Below, in pieces: positions 28,010-37,122 of a stretch of 64,000 bases of DNA; position 1 is the stretch's first letter; each line of letters opens with the position of its first letter. Below the pieces are notes generated by a model. It ran no database searches. It was given only the letters and a program-made list of their open reading frames with translations, and had not been told where the DNA came from. Source of the DNA: a virus; IMG/VR virus record IMGVR_UViG_3300029959_000004, positions 45,386 through 109,385 of that record. One strand, given 5' to 3'. The translations under genes were made by a program, and so were the position numbers.

Positions 28010-29812
28010 ATGTCTAAAGAAGATTTATTACCAGCTACAATACAAAATCAACTAAATAATGCTGATGTGAAGATGAAGTTTATTCTAAAGATTGATAGTG
28101 TAGATTATTCTAATTATTTAATAAGTTGGTCTGTAAGTAGCGATGTTAATTTCGGCTCCATGTCAGCAACTTTTGTGTTAAATAACGATGCAAATATATT
28201 TGGAGATAATGGCAGTAGCAAAATAGAAGTTGGAGACATTATAGAATTTAACGAACTTTTTGAAGGTTCTACTAAAGAATTCAAAAAATTTTATGGACAA
28301 GTAAATCAACGTTCTTATGTTGAAACGGGAACAGATAGAAATGTAAGCATAGTTGGTCTTGATTTTATTTCTTCTTTACAATTTTTAGATATAGATTTGG
28401 AGGTTGAAGGAACTAAAATAAAGGTGGAAGAGGAAATATTAACACCGAATTATCTATCTTCTCCAAACGATACATTGGCACAAGTATTTAATTTTGCAAA
28501 TGATGGAATAGCAGATAACCCATTACCTATTTTGACTATTAGAAATAAAAATACTGATGTTGAAGACCCACAGTGGGATGGTTATGAAATTATGTATGAA
28601 AACGGACAGGTTAAGTTAGGTAGTTGCTTAAACGCTAAAGATAATTATGATTTAGTAGCTACATCATATTATTTTTATGTAAAAGGTGTTTATGCAGAAG
28701 ACATAATAGAAGAAATACTTACTGAAGTAGATGGCTATGGTAAATATCTCTTTAATGAGTCTAACGCTCAAGCAGTTATAGATAATCATCTAACAACAAC
28801 ATTTTATGATGAAACAGGTACTAATACTGATACGATGGTTCCTAACTATACTCAAACTGAGATAACTATTTATCATCAATTATCTGCTAGTATTAGTGCG
28901 GGAACTACAAGTATAACACTAGATTCCGTAGAAGGACTACCTGATTCTGGAGAAGGTAATATCAATGGAGACATCTTTACTTGGACTTCAATATCTGGAA
29001 ATACTTTATCGGGAATATCTACTAGTGGAAGTTACGCTTTAAAAGCTCATACTAAAGACAGTTATTTTGAATATACTCATACTTATTCTGCCGGGCAGGT
29101 ATGGTATTTAACTTATAGTAATATTCAGAGTAGTTTAATGAATAGTCATTTTACAATACCTTCAGGTACACTTGAATATTTTGACGCTAGATACGGAAGA
29201 ATAATTTTAAGTGTGGCATTGTCAACTACAAGTACAGTTACTTGTAATATTAATTATAGATTTAAAACGTTGCAAGCTTCGGGAATAGAATTAAATAGAA
29301 TAGTTTTTCGTTCTAGAGAGGTGGAGAATAGATATGAAGCTATAAAGAAGGTTCGTGAATATTTAGCTCCCAACTATTTAGTGAGAACTAAAGGTGATAA
29401 TAAAATATGGTCTAGTTATTTTTCACAGAAAGTAAACGAAGATTATACTCTTAAATTAGCTACATCTATGACTTTTATGGAAGATGAAGATTTATATACT
29501 AGAGTGATGTTTTTTGGGAAGAATAAAAACCCGACTAATTTAATGTATAATGATGGAGTTACTTTTGTAGGAACTGGTGAATCTTATAAAGCTACAGCTA
29601 CAGCGTCGGAACTTACTAATTTAAGAGAAGATGGTAACTATTATGTCTACGGTTCTCCTGTTTCCGGTGTAGGAGCTATAACAGTAGAAACTATTAAACC
29701 TATTGTATATATAAATGAAGTCGCTATAGACAATACTTCTCATTTAGTTGCTGGGCAATCGGTTGTTTTAGAGATAACTACAACTACAGAAACTAAGTCG
29801 GGGGGTAAATGA
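28010..29812 (+). CDS. Tail-tip/hub protein, N-terminal part
   Basis: Hub-like motifs (SATFVLNN, IEVGDII, KKFYGQV, LYTRVMFFG); ends ...TTTTETKSGGK. Confidence 0.65.
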   Translation: MSKEDLLPATIQNQLNNADVKMKFILKIDSVDYSNYLISWSVSSDVNFGSMSATFVLNNDANIFGDNGSSKIEVGDIIEFNELFEGSTKEFKKFYGQVNQRSYVETGTDRNVSIVGLDFISSLQFLDIDLEVEGTKIKVEEEILTPNYLSSPNDTLAQVFNFANDGIADNPLPILTIRNKNTDVEDPQWDGYEIMYENGQVKLGSCLNAKDNYDLVATSYYFYVKGVYAEDIIEEILTEVDGYGKYLFNESNAQAVIDNHLTTTFYDETGTNTDTMVPNYTQTEITIYHQLSASISAGTTSITLDSVEGLPDSGEGNINGDIFTWTSISGNTLSGISTSGSYALKAHTKDSYFEYTHTYSAGQVWYLTYSNIQSSLMNSHFTIPSGTLEYFDARYGRIILSVALSTTSTVTCNINYRFKTLQASGIELNRIVFRSREVENRYEAIKKVREYLAPNYLVRTKGDNKIWSSYFSQKVNEDYTLKLATSMTFMEDEDLYTRVMFFGKNKNPTNLMYNDGVTFVGTGESYKATATASELTNLREDGNYYVYGSPVSGVGAITVETIKPIVYINEVAIDNTSHLVAGQSVVLEITTTTETKSGGK

Positions 29813-31392
29813 TTTTAATTATTTTATTATCTTTGTTATCTTGGAGTTATCTTTTAAGTCATTCACATAAACATCCTATACTTGGTGTTCCTAGAGAAAT
29901 AAGAGGAGGCGGTGGGGGGGAAGTATCCTCTCACACTTACTATTATTATCGTATAAAGATGCCTCATACGAGTTTAGATCCTTCTAAGTCAATTATTTTT
30001 TACGACGCTTATGGAGTAGAGATTTACACGTTAGCACCGTACAGTGAATATATGGATTACGGTATGGGTATTGTAAACGTGCCTGGTTCCGAAAAAAATC
30101 TTACTGTAGAAAGTATTGCTACAGCTACTTATTATGTATTCTATTCTACTGATAATATAATTATTGATTATGAGAAAGCGGAATTTAAAATAGCTAAAAA
30201 ATTAATAAAAGTACCAGCTCAAGCTGTTGTAAAAGCTACTTATCAGTATTACAGTGTTGTGACTATTTTCACAGACGTAGCCTCGGTAATAGACGGAAGA
30301 TACGATACTCAAGTTCAAACTATATTTTATGGAGAACCACCGACTGGATATAACTATGCGATTATAGACTTAGGAGCTGTTAAAACAATTCAGGCTTTAG
30401 ATATACTAACTGGTTTTTTTAAACCAGATGAAAACAGAAAATTTAATGTTAATTTTAAAGCAACTATACAATATTCTCTAAACGGAACAGATTATTATGA
30501 TATTTCTGACAAAACAAATACTTTCTCTTTAAGTGGTGGTGAATCTAAGAGTTTTGAAGAAGAAGATTTGGGAGTAGGTTTTACTGCTAGATATTTAAAA
30601 CTTCTTTTAGAAAATGTAGATAAAATAGAATATTCTTCTACTAAAGTTACTGTTAGTGATACTAATAGACAACAATTAATAGATTATGGAACTATAGATA
30701 GTGATACAGATAACGGAACAATAGTAACCATTCAGTCTGGCGTATGGGTAGTTGCTCTAACAGAAATATCCGCCTTTGATAACATTGTAATGAAATCTGA
30801 AGCTAAATTAATACCGAGAACTTTACTATCTCAAGCTATAAGTATAGAATCTGGAGATGTTTCTGGTAGTTATCCAACTACAGTAAATGTAGATTCTACC
30901 ACTGGATTTGATGATGTAGAGTCTGGTTACACATACAAAACAGCTTATATATTAAATGATGATGGAACATATGATGCTTTTACTTATACAGGATTAACAG
31001 CAACTTCATTTACTGGAGTAACTGGTTTAGCTGAATCTCATTCTGTAGATGATGCAGTTGTTCAGGAAATAGCTGGTGACACTACAATTTATGATTATAA
31101 TACTTTAAGACCTAAACTGGGAGATAGATTATATAAAGCTAATAAAGTAGATGATAATACTTTATATAGTCAATCACAATTAGATTATGTAGCTAAGGAG
31201 TATTTAAAAGAATTTGTTAAGAATCACACTAAGATACAAGTCGAAGTATTATATTCTCCTCATTTAAACGTAGGAGATACTATTAGAGTAATTGATTCTT
31301 TTTCAGGTATAGATCGTAACTACTTTATAGAAAGTATAAAAGATAGTAACGGGTTTTACACTTTAGTGTTAAGTTATTATCCCTCTTCATAA
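29809..31392 (+). CDS. Tail-tip/hub protein, C-terminal part, with discoidin-like domain and hydrophobic leader
   Basis: IIDLGAVKTI...IQYSLNGTDY...TARYLKL (F5/8-like) and PHLNVGDTIRV hub C-terminus; ATGA-coupled. Confidence 0.65.
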   Translation: MILIILLSLLSWSYLLSHSHKHPILGVPREIRGGGGGEVSSHTYYYYRIKMPHTSLDPSKSIIFYDAYGVEIYTLAPYSEYMDYGMGIVNVPGSEKNLTVESIATATYYVFYSTDNIIIDYEKAEFKIAKKLIKVPAQAVVKATYQYYSVVTIFTDVASVIDGRYDTQVQTIFYGEPPTGYNYAIIDLGAVKTIQALDILTGFFKPDENRKFNVNFKATIQYSLNGTDYYDISDKTNTFSLSGGESKSFEEEDLGVGFTARYLKLLLENVDKIEYSSTKVTVSDTNRQQLIDYGTIDSDTDNGTIVTIQSGVWVVALTEISAFDNIVMKSEAKLIPRTLLSQAISIESGDVSGSYPTTVNVDSTTGFDDVESGYTYKTAYILNDDGTYDAFTYTGLTATSFTGVTGLAESHSVDDAVVQEIAGDTTIYDYNTLRPKLGDRLYKANKVDDNTLYSQSQLDYVAKEYLKEFVKNHTKIQVEVLYSPHLNVGDTIRVIDSFSGIDRNYFIESIKDSNGFYTLVLSYYPSS

Positions 31393-31405
31393 GAAAGGAA
31401 TTATT

Positions 31406-31906
31406 ATGAAACCTTTAACAAATGATTTAAAAATTAAAATAGAAACTGCTATTAAAAATAAAATAGATATTTCTAATCTTATAGAAGATGTAGATTTAAG
31501 AAATCTCAATCTATCTAGAGCTATTATAAAGAAATTAAATATAAGAAATAGAGATATATCTGGATGTAATTTCAGTAACACTATTCTTGGTGATCCAGAA
31601 GTTAAATTATCGGTTTCTTTTATTGATTGTAAGATGCAACATTGTAATTTTGAAGGAGCTAATTTTATAGGTATTTCTTGGATTAGAAGTTGCGACGCAC
31701 AATTTTGTAATTTTAGTAATGCTGATGTGAGTAAAATATCTTATGCTAATACTAACTTTCTTGGGTCTAGATTTTGTGAAGCTATAATACGTATTGGAAC
31801 TAAAGAGGGTTTAAATTGTAAATTCCCAATAGAGATGTTTGAAAATCTTACACGTGGTTGGGGAATGAAATTAAAAGCGGAATATAATAACGAAACACAA
31901 GTATGA
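31406..31906 (+). CDS. Pentapeptide-repeat protein
   Basis: VDLRN LNLSR...CNFSN...CNFEG ANFIG...CNFSN ADVSK...TNFLG SRFCE. Confidence 0.8.
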   Translation: MKPLTNDLKIKIETAIKNKIDISNLIEDVDLRNLNLSRAIIKKLNIRNRDISGCNFSNTILGDPEVKLSVSFIDCKMQHCNFEGANFIGISWIRSCDAQFCNFSNADVSKISYANTNFLGSRFCEAIIRIGTKEGLNCKFPIEMFENLTRGWGMKLKAEYNNETQV

Positions 31907-32077
31907 AAGGAGTAAGAAAATGAACAAAGAAGAATTAAAAAATATGTTAAAAGAGAAGGAAGATTTGTTAGAAAGAGTTCGTAATACTATGCAACAGTTA
32001 GTTGGACAGATTCTATTAATACAGGATTTGTTAAAGACAGAAGAATCAAAAGTAGAAAAAAAGGAATAAATTAATAA

Positions 32078-34399
32078 GTGAGTAAGATTACATATAAAAA
32101 TCTCTATAGTAATGTAGTAAAGGAAATTGAGAAGAGAGTAACTTATAACAACGCTTCTTCTTACAAAAATCAAACCAGTAGAGATTTTGTTGGGTCTTAT
32201 TCTAGTGCTACATCAGACGCTACCACTGCTGAAATAGTTTCTGCTATACAAAATTTATTAGAAGAAGCTCTTCCATCTAGTATTATAGAAGGATTAGAAG
32301 TTAGTGAAACAACTCCTATTTCAGATAGTGTGATAATTACTGCTGGTAAAGGTTCAGTTGGAGGAGTATTATATGAACTTTCTGAAAAACTAACTCTTAA
32401 AATACCTTTTGATAGTTCAAACACTATATTCTATATAGTTCTTTATAAAGACAGTATAGAAATAGAAAAGACTTATGATTCTAAGAAATTAACTATAGCT
32501 AAAATAGTAGTTCCAAGACCCGGAGTTACTAATTTAGTTCAAGATGATAAAGACGAATCTTGGAATGCTTATATCGTTAATTTTAAAGAGTTTAAATTAT
32601 ACGGTTATCAAGATCGTTTTGAAGAAGATACTATAGAGTTATTGAGAGATAATATATCCCCAATTTTAGCAGATAATTTAATAGGAAATATTAGATTAAG
32701 TGAAAATTTAAAGATTATAAATACTCAAGGCACTTTAGAATTGGATAGTGCTGAATTAAGATTACTTTCAACAAATGAAACTGCGTTAGCTAAATTTAAT
32801 AGAAACGGTACCTTCTTTTATGATGATAGTGGTATAGAAATAGCTAAATTTACTACAGATGAAGCTAGAGTAGGTAATATTAGAGTATTAAAAAACGCTA
32901 TTCAGAGCGGTAATTTTGTAAGTGGAAATACTGGTTTTCGTATTAAAGACGATGGAGATGTAGAGTTTAATGATATAACTGCCAGAGGCACTATATACGC
33001 TACGTCTGGTTCTATAACAGGAGACGTATTAGTAGGTGGGATTTTAACCGCATTATCTGGTAGTATAGGTGGATGGACTATAACAGCAAATGAATTATAT
33101 GCTACTGCAACAGGAACAATAAAAACTTCAATAAATGCTGGAAGTGGTTATGATGGTGTAGTTTTAGACAAAGACGGATTAAGAGTATATGATTCTATTT
33201 TGGGCAATGTTATTAATCTACCTTCTGATGGTTCCGCACCGACGTTTTCTAGTGGCGTTATAACGAGTAGTGTATTTACTGTAGATACTAGCGCAGTTAT
33301 AAGAACTTCAGAAACTGTTGGAGATGGTACGACAAACAGTGCTGGAATTTTAATAAACAATACTGGGTTATATGGTTGTGAAGCTAATCAATCTTTAACT
33401 GAAGCTAATTTAAAAGCTTTAATAGATGGTACTATTAAGATAAAGGGAGAAATTGAAGCTAGTTCTGGTAAAATAGGTGACACTGTTATTAATTCCACTA
33501 AATTGCTGGGAGGATTAATAGAAGGAGCCACTATTCGTGGTACTATTATTGAGAATAGAGAGTCATTTCCTAAAATAAGATTAGATGATGAAGGATTTTA
33601 TTATCAAGTAGCTTCTACTTCAGGAAAGTATGGTTCTTCAGAGTCAGGTAGTTATGGATTTAAATATGGTGATGGAACTCATTATGGTAGCGGTGTTGTT
33701 GCTTTTTTATTTAATCCTAACTTTCCTCCTCTATCAATAGTTTCTTCTCAAGATGTAGCTGATATTCATTTGTATAATAGAGCAAGTGATCCTATTGCCG
33801 GAACACATACTGTTGGCGACATCATCTGTGTTGATGGTGATTTAAGAATGTGTACAAGTGGTGGAACTCCAGGAACATTTACTAATATATCCAGTGGAGA
33901 AAATTTTGTAAATTTAGCTAGTATACCAAGTGAAGCGGGAATTATTCCCGTTGCAAATATAGATGTAGGAACAACGGCTAGTAAAATATTACAGTTAAAT
34001 AGCTCAGCACAAATACCTGCTGTTGATGGTAGTTTACTAACAAAAATGATCAAATATATTTACTTTGTTGTGCCTGAAGAGGCTTTAGTTGTTAATACAG
34101 ACAAGATAGGAAGAATATATGTAAACTTTGCGGGTACAATAAAAGAAGTACACGCTTCAGTTAACACTGCTCCCACTGGAGCTTCAATAATATTAGATAT
34201 AAATAAGAATGGTAGCACAATTTGGACTACGCAGGCTAATAGAGTTTCAATAGCAGCAACTGAATATGTTGGTACAAAGAGTACATTTGATACAACATCT
34301 TTAGTAGATGGAGATTATTTAACTATAGATATAGATGCGGTAGGTAGTACAATAACGGGAGCGAAATTAACAGTAAGAATAAAAATAGAAGCTTCATAA
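32078..34399 (+). CDS. Tail spike/fibre protein
   Basis: SGNFVSGNTGFRI..DGDVEFN and SGSIGGWTI repeats (lambda J C-terminal-like); C-terminal TAPTGASIILDINKNG...GAKLTV domain. Confidence 0.75.
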   Translation: MSKITYKNLYSNVVKEIEKRVTYNNASSYKNQTSRDFVGSYSSATSDATTAEIVSAIQNLLEEALPSSIIEGLEVSETTPISDSVIITAGKGSVGGVLYELSEKLTLKIPFDSSNTIFYIVLYKDSIEIEKTYDSKKLTIAKIVVPRPGVTNLVQDDKDESWNAYIVNFKEFKLYGYQDRFEEDTIELLRDNISPILADNLIGNIRLSENLKIINTQGTLELDSAELRLLSTNETALAKFNRNGTFFYDDSGIEIAKFTTDEARVGNIRVLKNAIQSGNFVSGNTGFRIKDDGDVEFNDITARGTIYATSGSITGDVLVGGILTALSGSIGGWTITANELYATATGTIKTSINAGSGYDGVVLDKDGLRVYDSILGNVINLPSDGSAPTFSSGVITSSVFTVDTSAVIRTSETVGDGTTNSAGILINNTGLYGCEANQSLTEANLKALIDGTIKIKGEIEASSGKIGDTVINSTKLLGGLIEGATIRGTIIENRESFPKIRLDDEGFYYQVASTSGKYGSSESGSYGFKYGDGTHYGSGVVAFLFNPNFPPLSIVSSQDVADIHLYNRASDPIAGTHTVGDIICVDGDLRMCTSGGTPGTFTNISSGENFVNLASIPSEAGIIPVANIDVGTTASKILQLNSSAQIPAVDGSLLTKMIKYIYFVVPEEALVVNTDKIGRIYVNFAGTIKEVHASVNTAPTGASIILDINKNGSTIWTTQANRVSIAATEYVGTKSTFDTTSLVDGDYLTIDIDAVGSTITGAKLTVRIKIEAS

Positions 34400-34413
34400 C
34401 AAAAGGAGTAGCG

Positions 34414-34587
34414 ATGTTTTGGGAAAAGAAAGATTGTATTTATAATTGTTTAAAAGAAAAATGTCCTCAATGGGTTATTTTAAATAACAGTGTTAAATTA
34501 GAAAATGGAGAAACAAAGAATACTCCCGAAGGTAGATGTGCAATAGCTTGGATACCACAATTACTTATAGAACTAAGGAATAAATGA
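34414..34587 (+). CDS. Small Cys-rich protein, possible fibre chaperone
   Basis: MFWEKKDCIYNCLKEKCPQW...CAIAWIPQLLIE; SD AAGGAG; ATGA-coupled to the fibre gene. Confidence 0.55.
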   Translation: MFWEKKDCIYNCLKEKCPQWVILNNSVKLENGETKNTPEGRCAIAWIPQLLIELRNK

Positions 34588-35885
34588 AAGGTATAATTAT
34601 AAACTGGATAGGAACTATTGCATCAATACCAAGCGATTGGTTATTATGCGACGGTAATAATTCTACACCTAATTTACTGGGAAAGTATCTTTTATCAGTT
34701 GGAGATGGTGAAGAACCGGGAACAACTGGAGGTTCAGAAACACATACACATACTTCTCCTGAGCATACTCATACACAAGATGCACACAGTCATAGTGGGA
34801 ATACAAATACAACTGCTGATGATGGTCGTAGCGGTATTCTTATATACTATGGACAATATGCTGGAAGTCCTCATTATCATTCTTTTACTACGTCTTCAGC
34901 AATAGCTACAAATCAAGTGACGAGTAATATTGTAGATTCGACAAGTAACAACCCACGTCATTATAAAGTTGCTCCTATAATAGACGTTTCTATTAATGGA
35001 AGTAAATATCCTAACAATTCTATAGTATTTTGGGGGCAATCTACTTTACCATATGGTTGGTCTATTTGTAATGGGACTGAAGATACTCCGGATTTAAGAA
35101 ATTGTTTCTTAAAATTTATAAACTCAGAAGAAAATCCCGGAGATACGGGAGGTTCTAACACACACTCACATACAACAACACACACTCATATACAAGATGA
35201 GCATAATCACAGTGGGAATACAAATACAACCTCAACTATTGTTCATCAACCTTATTATCCAGCTAGTCCAACTTATTGGACAGCCCCGGCTGGGCATATA
35301 CATAGTTTAACTGTTAATTTATATTCAACTATTAATCAAAATGATAATTCTGAGATAAGTTCTGAAGATGGTCAACCTAATTTTAAAAAACTTTTAATTA
35401 TATTAAATACAGGTATTAGTAATAGACCAAAATATTCAATATTAATTTGGACGGGAAGTATTGCAAATATTCCATTGGGTTATGTTTTATGTAATGGAGA
35501 AAATGAAACTCCAGATTTAAGAAATTATTTTATAAAAGGAGCAAATGACTCTAGTGAATTATTAAATATTGGCGGTTCATCGATTCATAATCATACTGCC
35601 AGCTCTCACACTCATATACAAAATTCACATAGTCATACAATATTAGCTAATAATAGTGGTGATGAAGTAGTAAATAATCAATATGCGAATAACGGTACAC
35701 CTGCTATGAGACACAATCACTCACATACAGTTTCTGACGCATTAACTACTGCTACTAATCAATCAACAACTGTTACAATAGATAACTGTTCATCTCAAGC
35801 TAATTATCCACCTTATTATAAAGTAGCTTTTATTATGCAAGACAGAGAAATGGATATAGGAGCTTATTCATTTACAGTATCATAA
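34584..35885 (+). CDS. Tail fibre with three tandem collar + HxH needle modules
   Basis: Three copies of I..W....P.GW..C.G...TP.L...F, each followed by HTH/HSH motifs. Confidence 0.8.
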   Translation: MKGIIINWIGTIASIPSDWLLCDGNNSTPNLLGKYLLSVGDGEEPGTTGGSETHTHTSPEHTHTQDAHSHSGNTNTTADDGRSGILIYYGQYAGSPHYHSFTTSSAIATNQVTSNIVDSTSNNPRHYKVAPIIDVSINGSKYPNNSIVFWGQSTLPYGWSICNGTEDTPDLRNCFLKFINSEENPGDTGGSNTHSHTTTHTHIQDEHNHSGNTNTTSTIVHQPYYPASPTYWTAPAGHIHSLTVNLYSTINQNDNSEISSEDGQPNFKKLLIILNTGISNRPKYSILIWTGSIANIPLGYVLCNGENETPDLRNYFIKGANDSSELLNIGGSSIHNHTASSHTHIQNSHSHTILANNSGDEVVNNQYANNGTPAMRHNHSHTVSDALTTATNQSTTVTIDNCSSQANYPPYYKVAFIMQDREMDIGAYSFTVS

Positions 35886-35892
35886 AGAAAAT

Positions 35893-36231
35893 ATGAAAAC
35901 AAAATTAGAAGATACTAGAAAATTTACATTTAGTGATAAAGTATTTATAATAAAAGAAATTTTAGAACACATAAATTTTAAAATGAATTGGACTTGGAAT
36001 ACAGGTTGTTGCTCTTTTTGTAAAAATAAATTAGAAAAAACTATAACTCATATCTTTTATAGAATAGAAATATTAATATGTTCAGATGTTGATGAAACAA
36101 AAGCTACTTTAAATAATATAATAATAATAGGGAACACAATTGATAATAGATTGATGCAAATAAAAGAAGAAAAATATATAAAAGAAATATTAAGTTTGTC
36201 AAACAAATTTAAATATTTAATCGGAGAATAA
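35893..36231 (+). CDS. Hypothetical protein
   Basis: ORF track. Confidence 0.5.
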   Translation: MKTKLEDTRKFTFSDKVFIIKEILEHINFKMNWTWNTGCCSFCKNKLEKTITHIFYRIEILICSDVDETKATLNNIIIIGNTIDNRLMQIKEEKYIKEILSLSNKFKYLIGE

Positions 36232-36232
36232 A

Positions 36233-37093
36233 ATGTCATATCCACAGAATTTATTAACAATTTACACGTTGGTTGATAATGTCGACGATGTTTTAGCAAC
36301 TCATCCTAACGTTTTAAGTGCCGAGGTTAGATACTTAGAAGATAAGATCGGTATAGATAGTTCTGCTGTAGTTACATCTATAGATTATTTTTTAAAACAC
36401 GCTTCTGGAGCTTACAGAACACATACACATGATGGTTCTAGTGATGATGGAGCACAATTAGATTGGGATAGTTGTTGGTCAGATGCTGTGCATAATCATA
36501 CTTCTAATGCTGAGGGAGGATTAATTAATCTAACTACTGGAATAACTAGTATCTTACCTGTTCTTAATGGAGGTACTGGAGTTTCTACATTACAAGATGC
36601 TTTAAATGCTTTGGCTGGAGGAGTAACCGCCAATAGAGTCTTAAAAGGAAATGGTTCTAATATTGTATTGTCACAAATAGATTTAACTACTAATGACATT
36701 ACAGGTATCTTACCAAGAGCAAATGGAGGATTAGCTACAACTATAGCTAATAATACAGCTAGTGGTCCCGTTTTTTTAGATTCAAATAGTAAGATACCAA
36801 TAGCTCAACTAGGATCTTGGGTGGATAAAACTTCTTCTTATGGAGCACAACAAGCAACTACTGATGGATTTATTATTGTACTTGGTCGTGCTAGTGCTTC
36901 TGGAACTTATGCTTATTTCTATACAGATGGGAGTAGTGATCCAACTTCATTAAAAGGACAAATATATACAAATAGCGGAACTACCGAAATATATGGTAAT
37001 ATTTTCTGTCCTGTAAAAAAGAACGATTATTGGAAAGTTGTAAATTCTGGTGTTGGTGTAATGGCAGTTTATTGGATATCATTAGGAAGTTAA
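36233..37093 (+). CDS. Fibre-like virion protein
   Basis: ILPVLNGGTG / ILPRANGG shaft repeats and a small C-terminal head domain. Confidence 0.7.
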   Translation: MSYPQNLLTIYTLVDNVDDVLATHPNVLSAEVRYLEDKIGIDSSAVVTSIDYFLKHASGAYRTHTHDGSSDDGAQLDWDSCWSDAVHNHTSNAEGGLINLTTGITSILPVLNGGTGVSTLQDALNALAGGVTANRVLKGNGSNIVLSQIDLTTNDITGILPRANGGLATTIANNTASGPVFLDSNSKIPIAQLGSWVDKTSSYGAQQATTDGFIIVLGRASASGTYAYFYTDGSSDPTSLKGQIYTNSGTTEIYGNIFCPVKKNDYWKVVNSGVGVMAVYWISLGS

Positions 37094-37122
37094 AAATATA
37101 AATAAAGTAAGAGGAAAATAAA

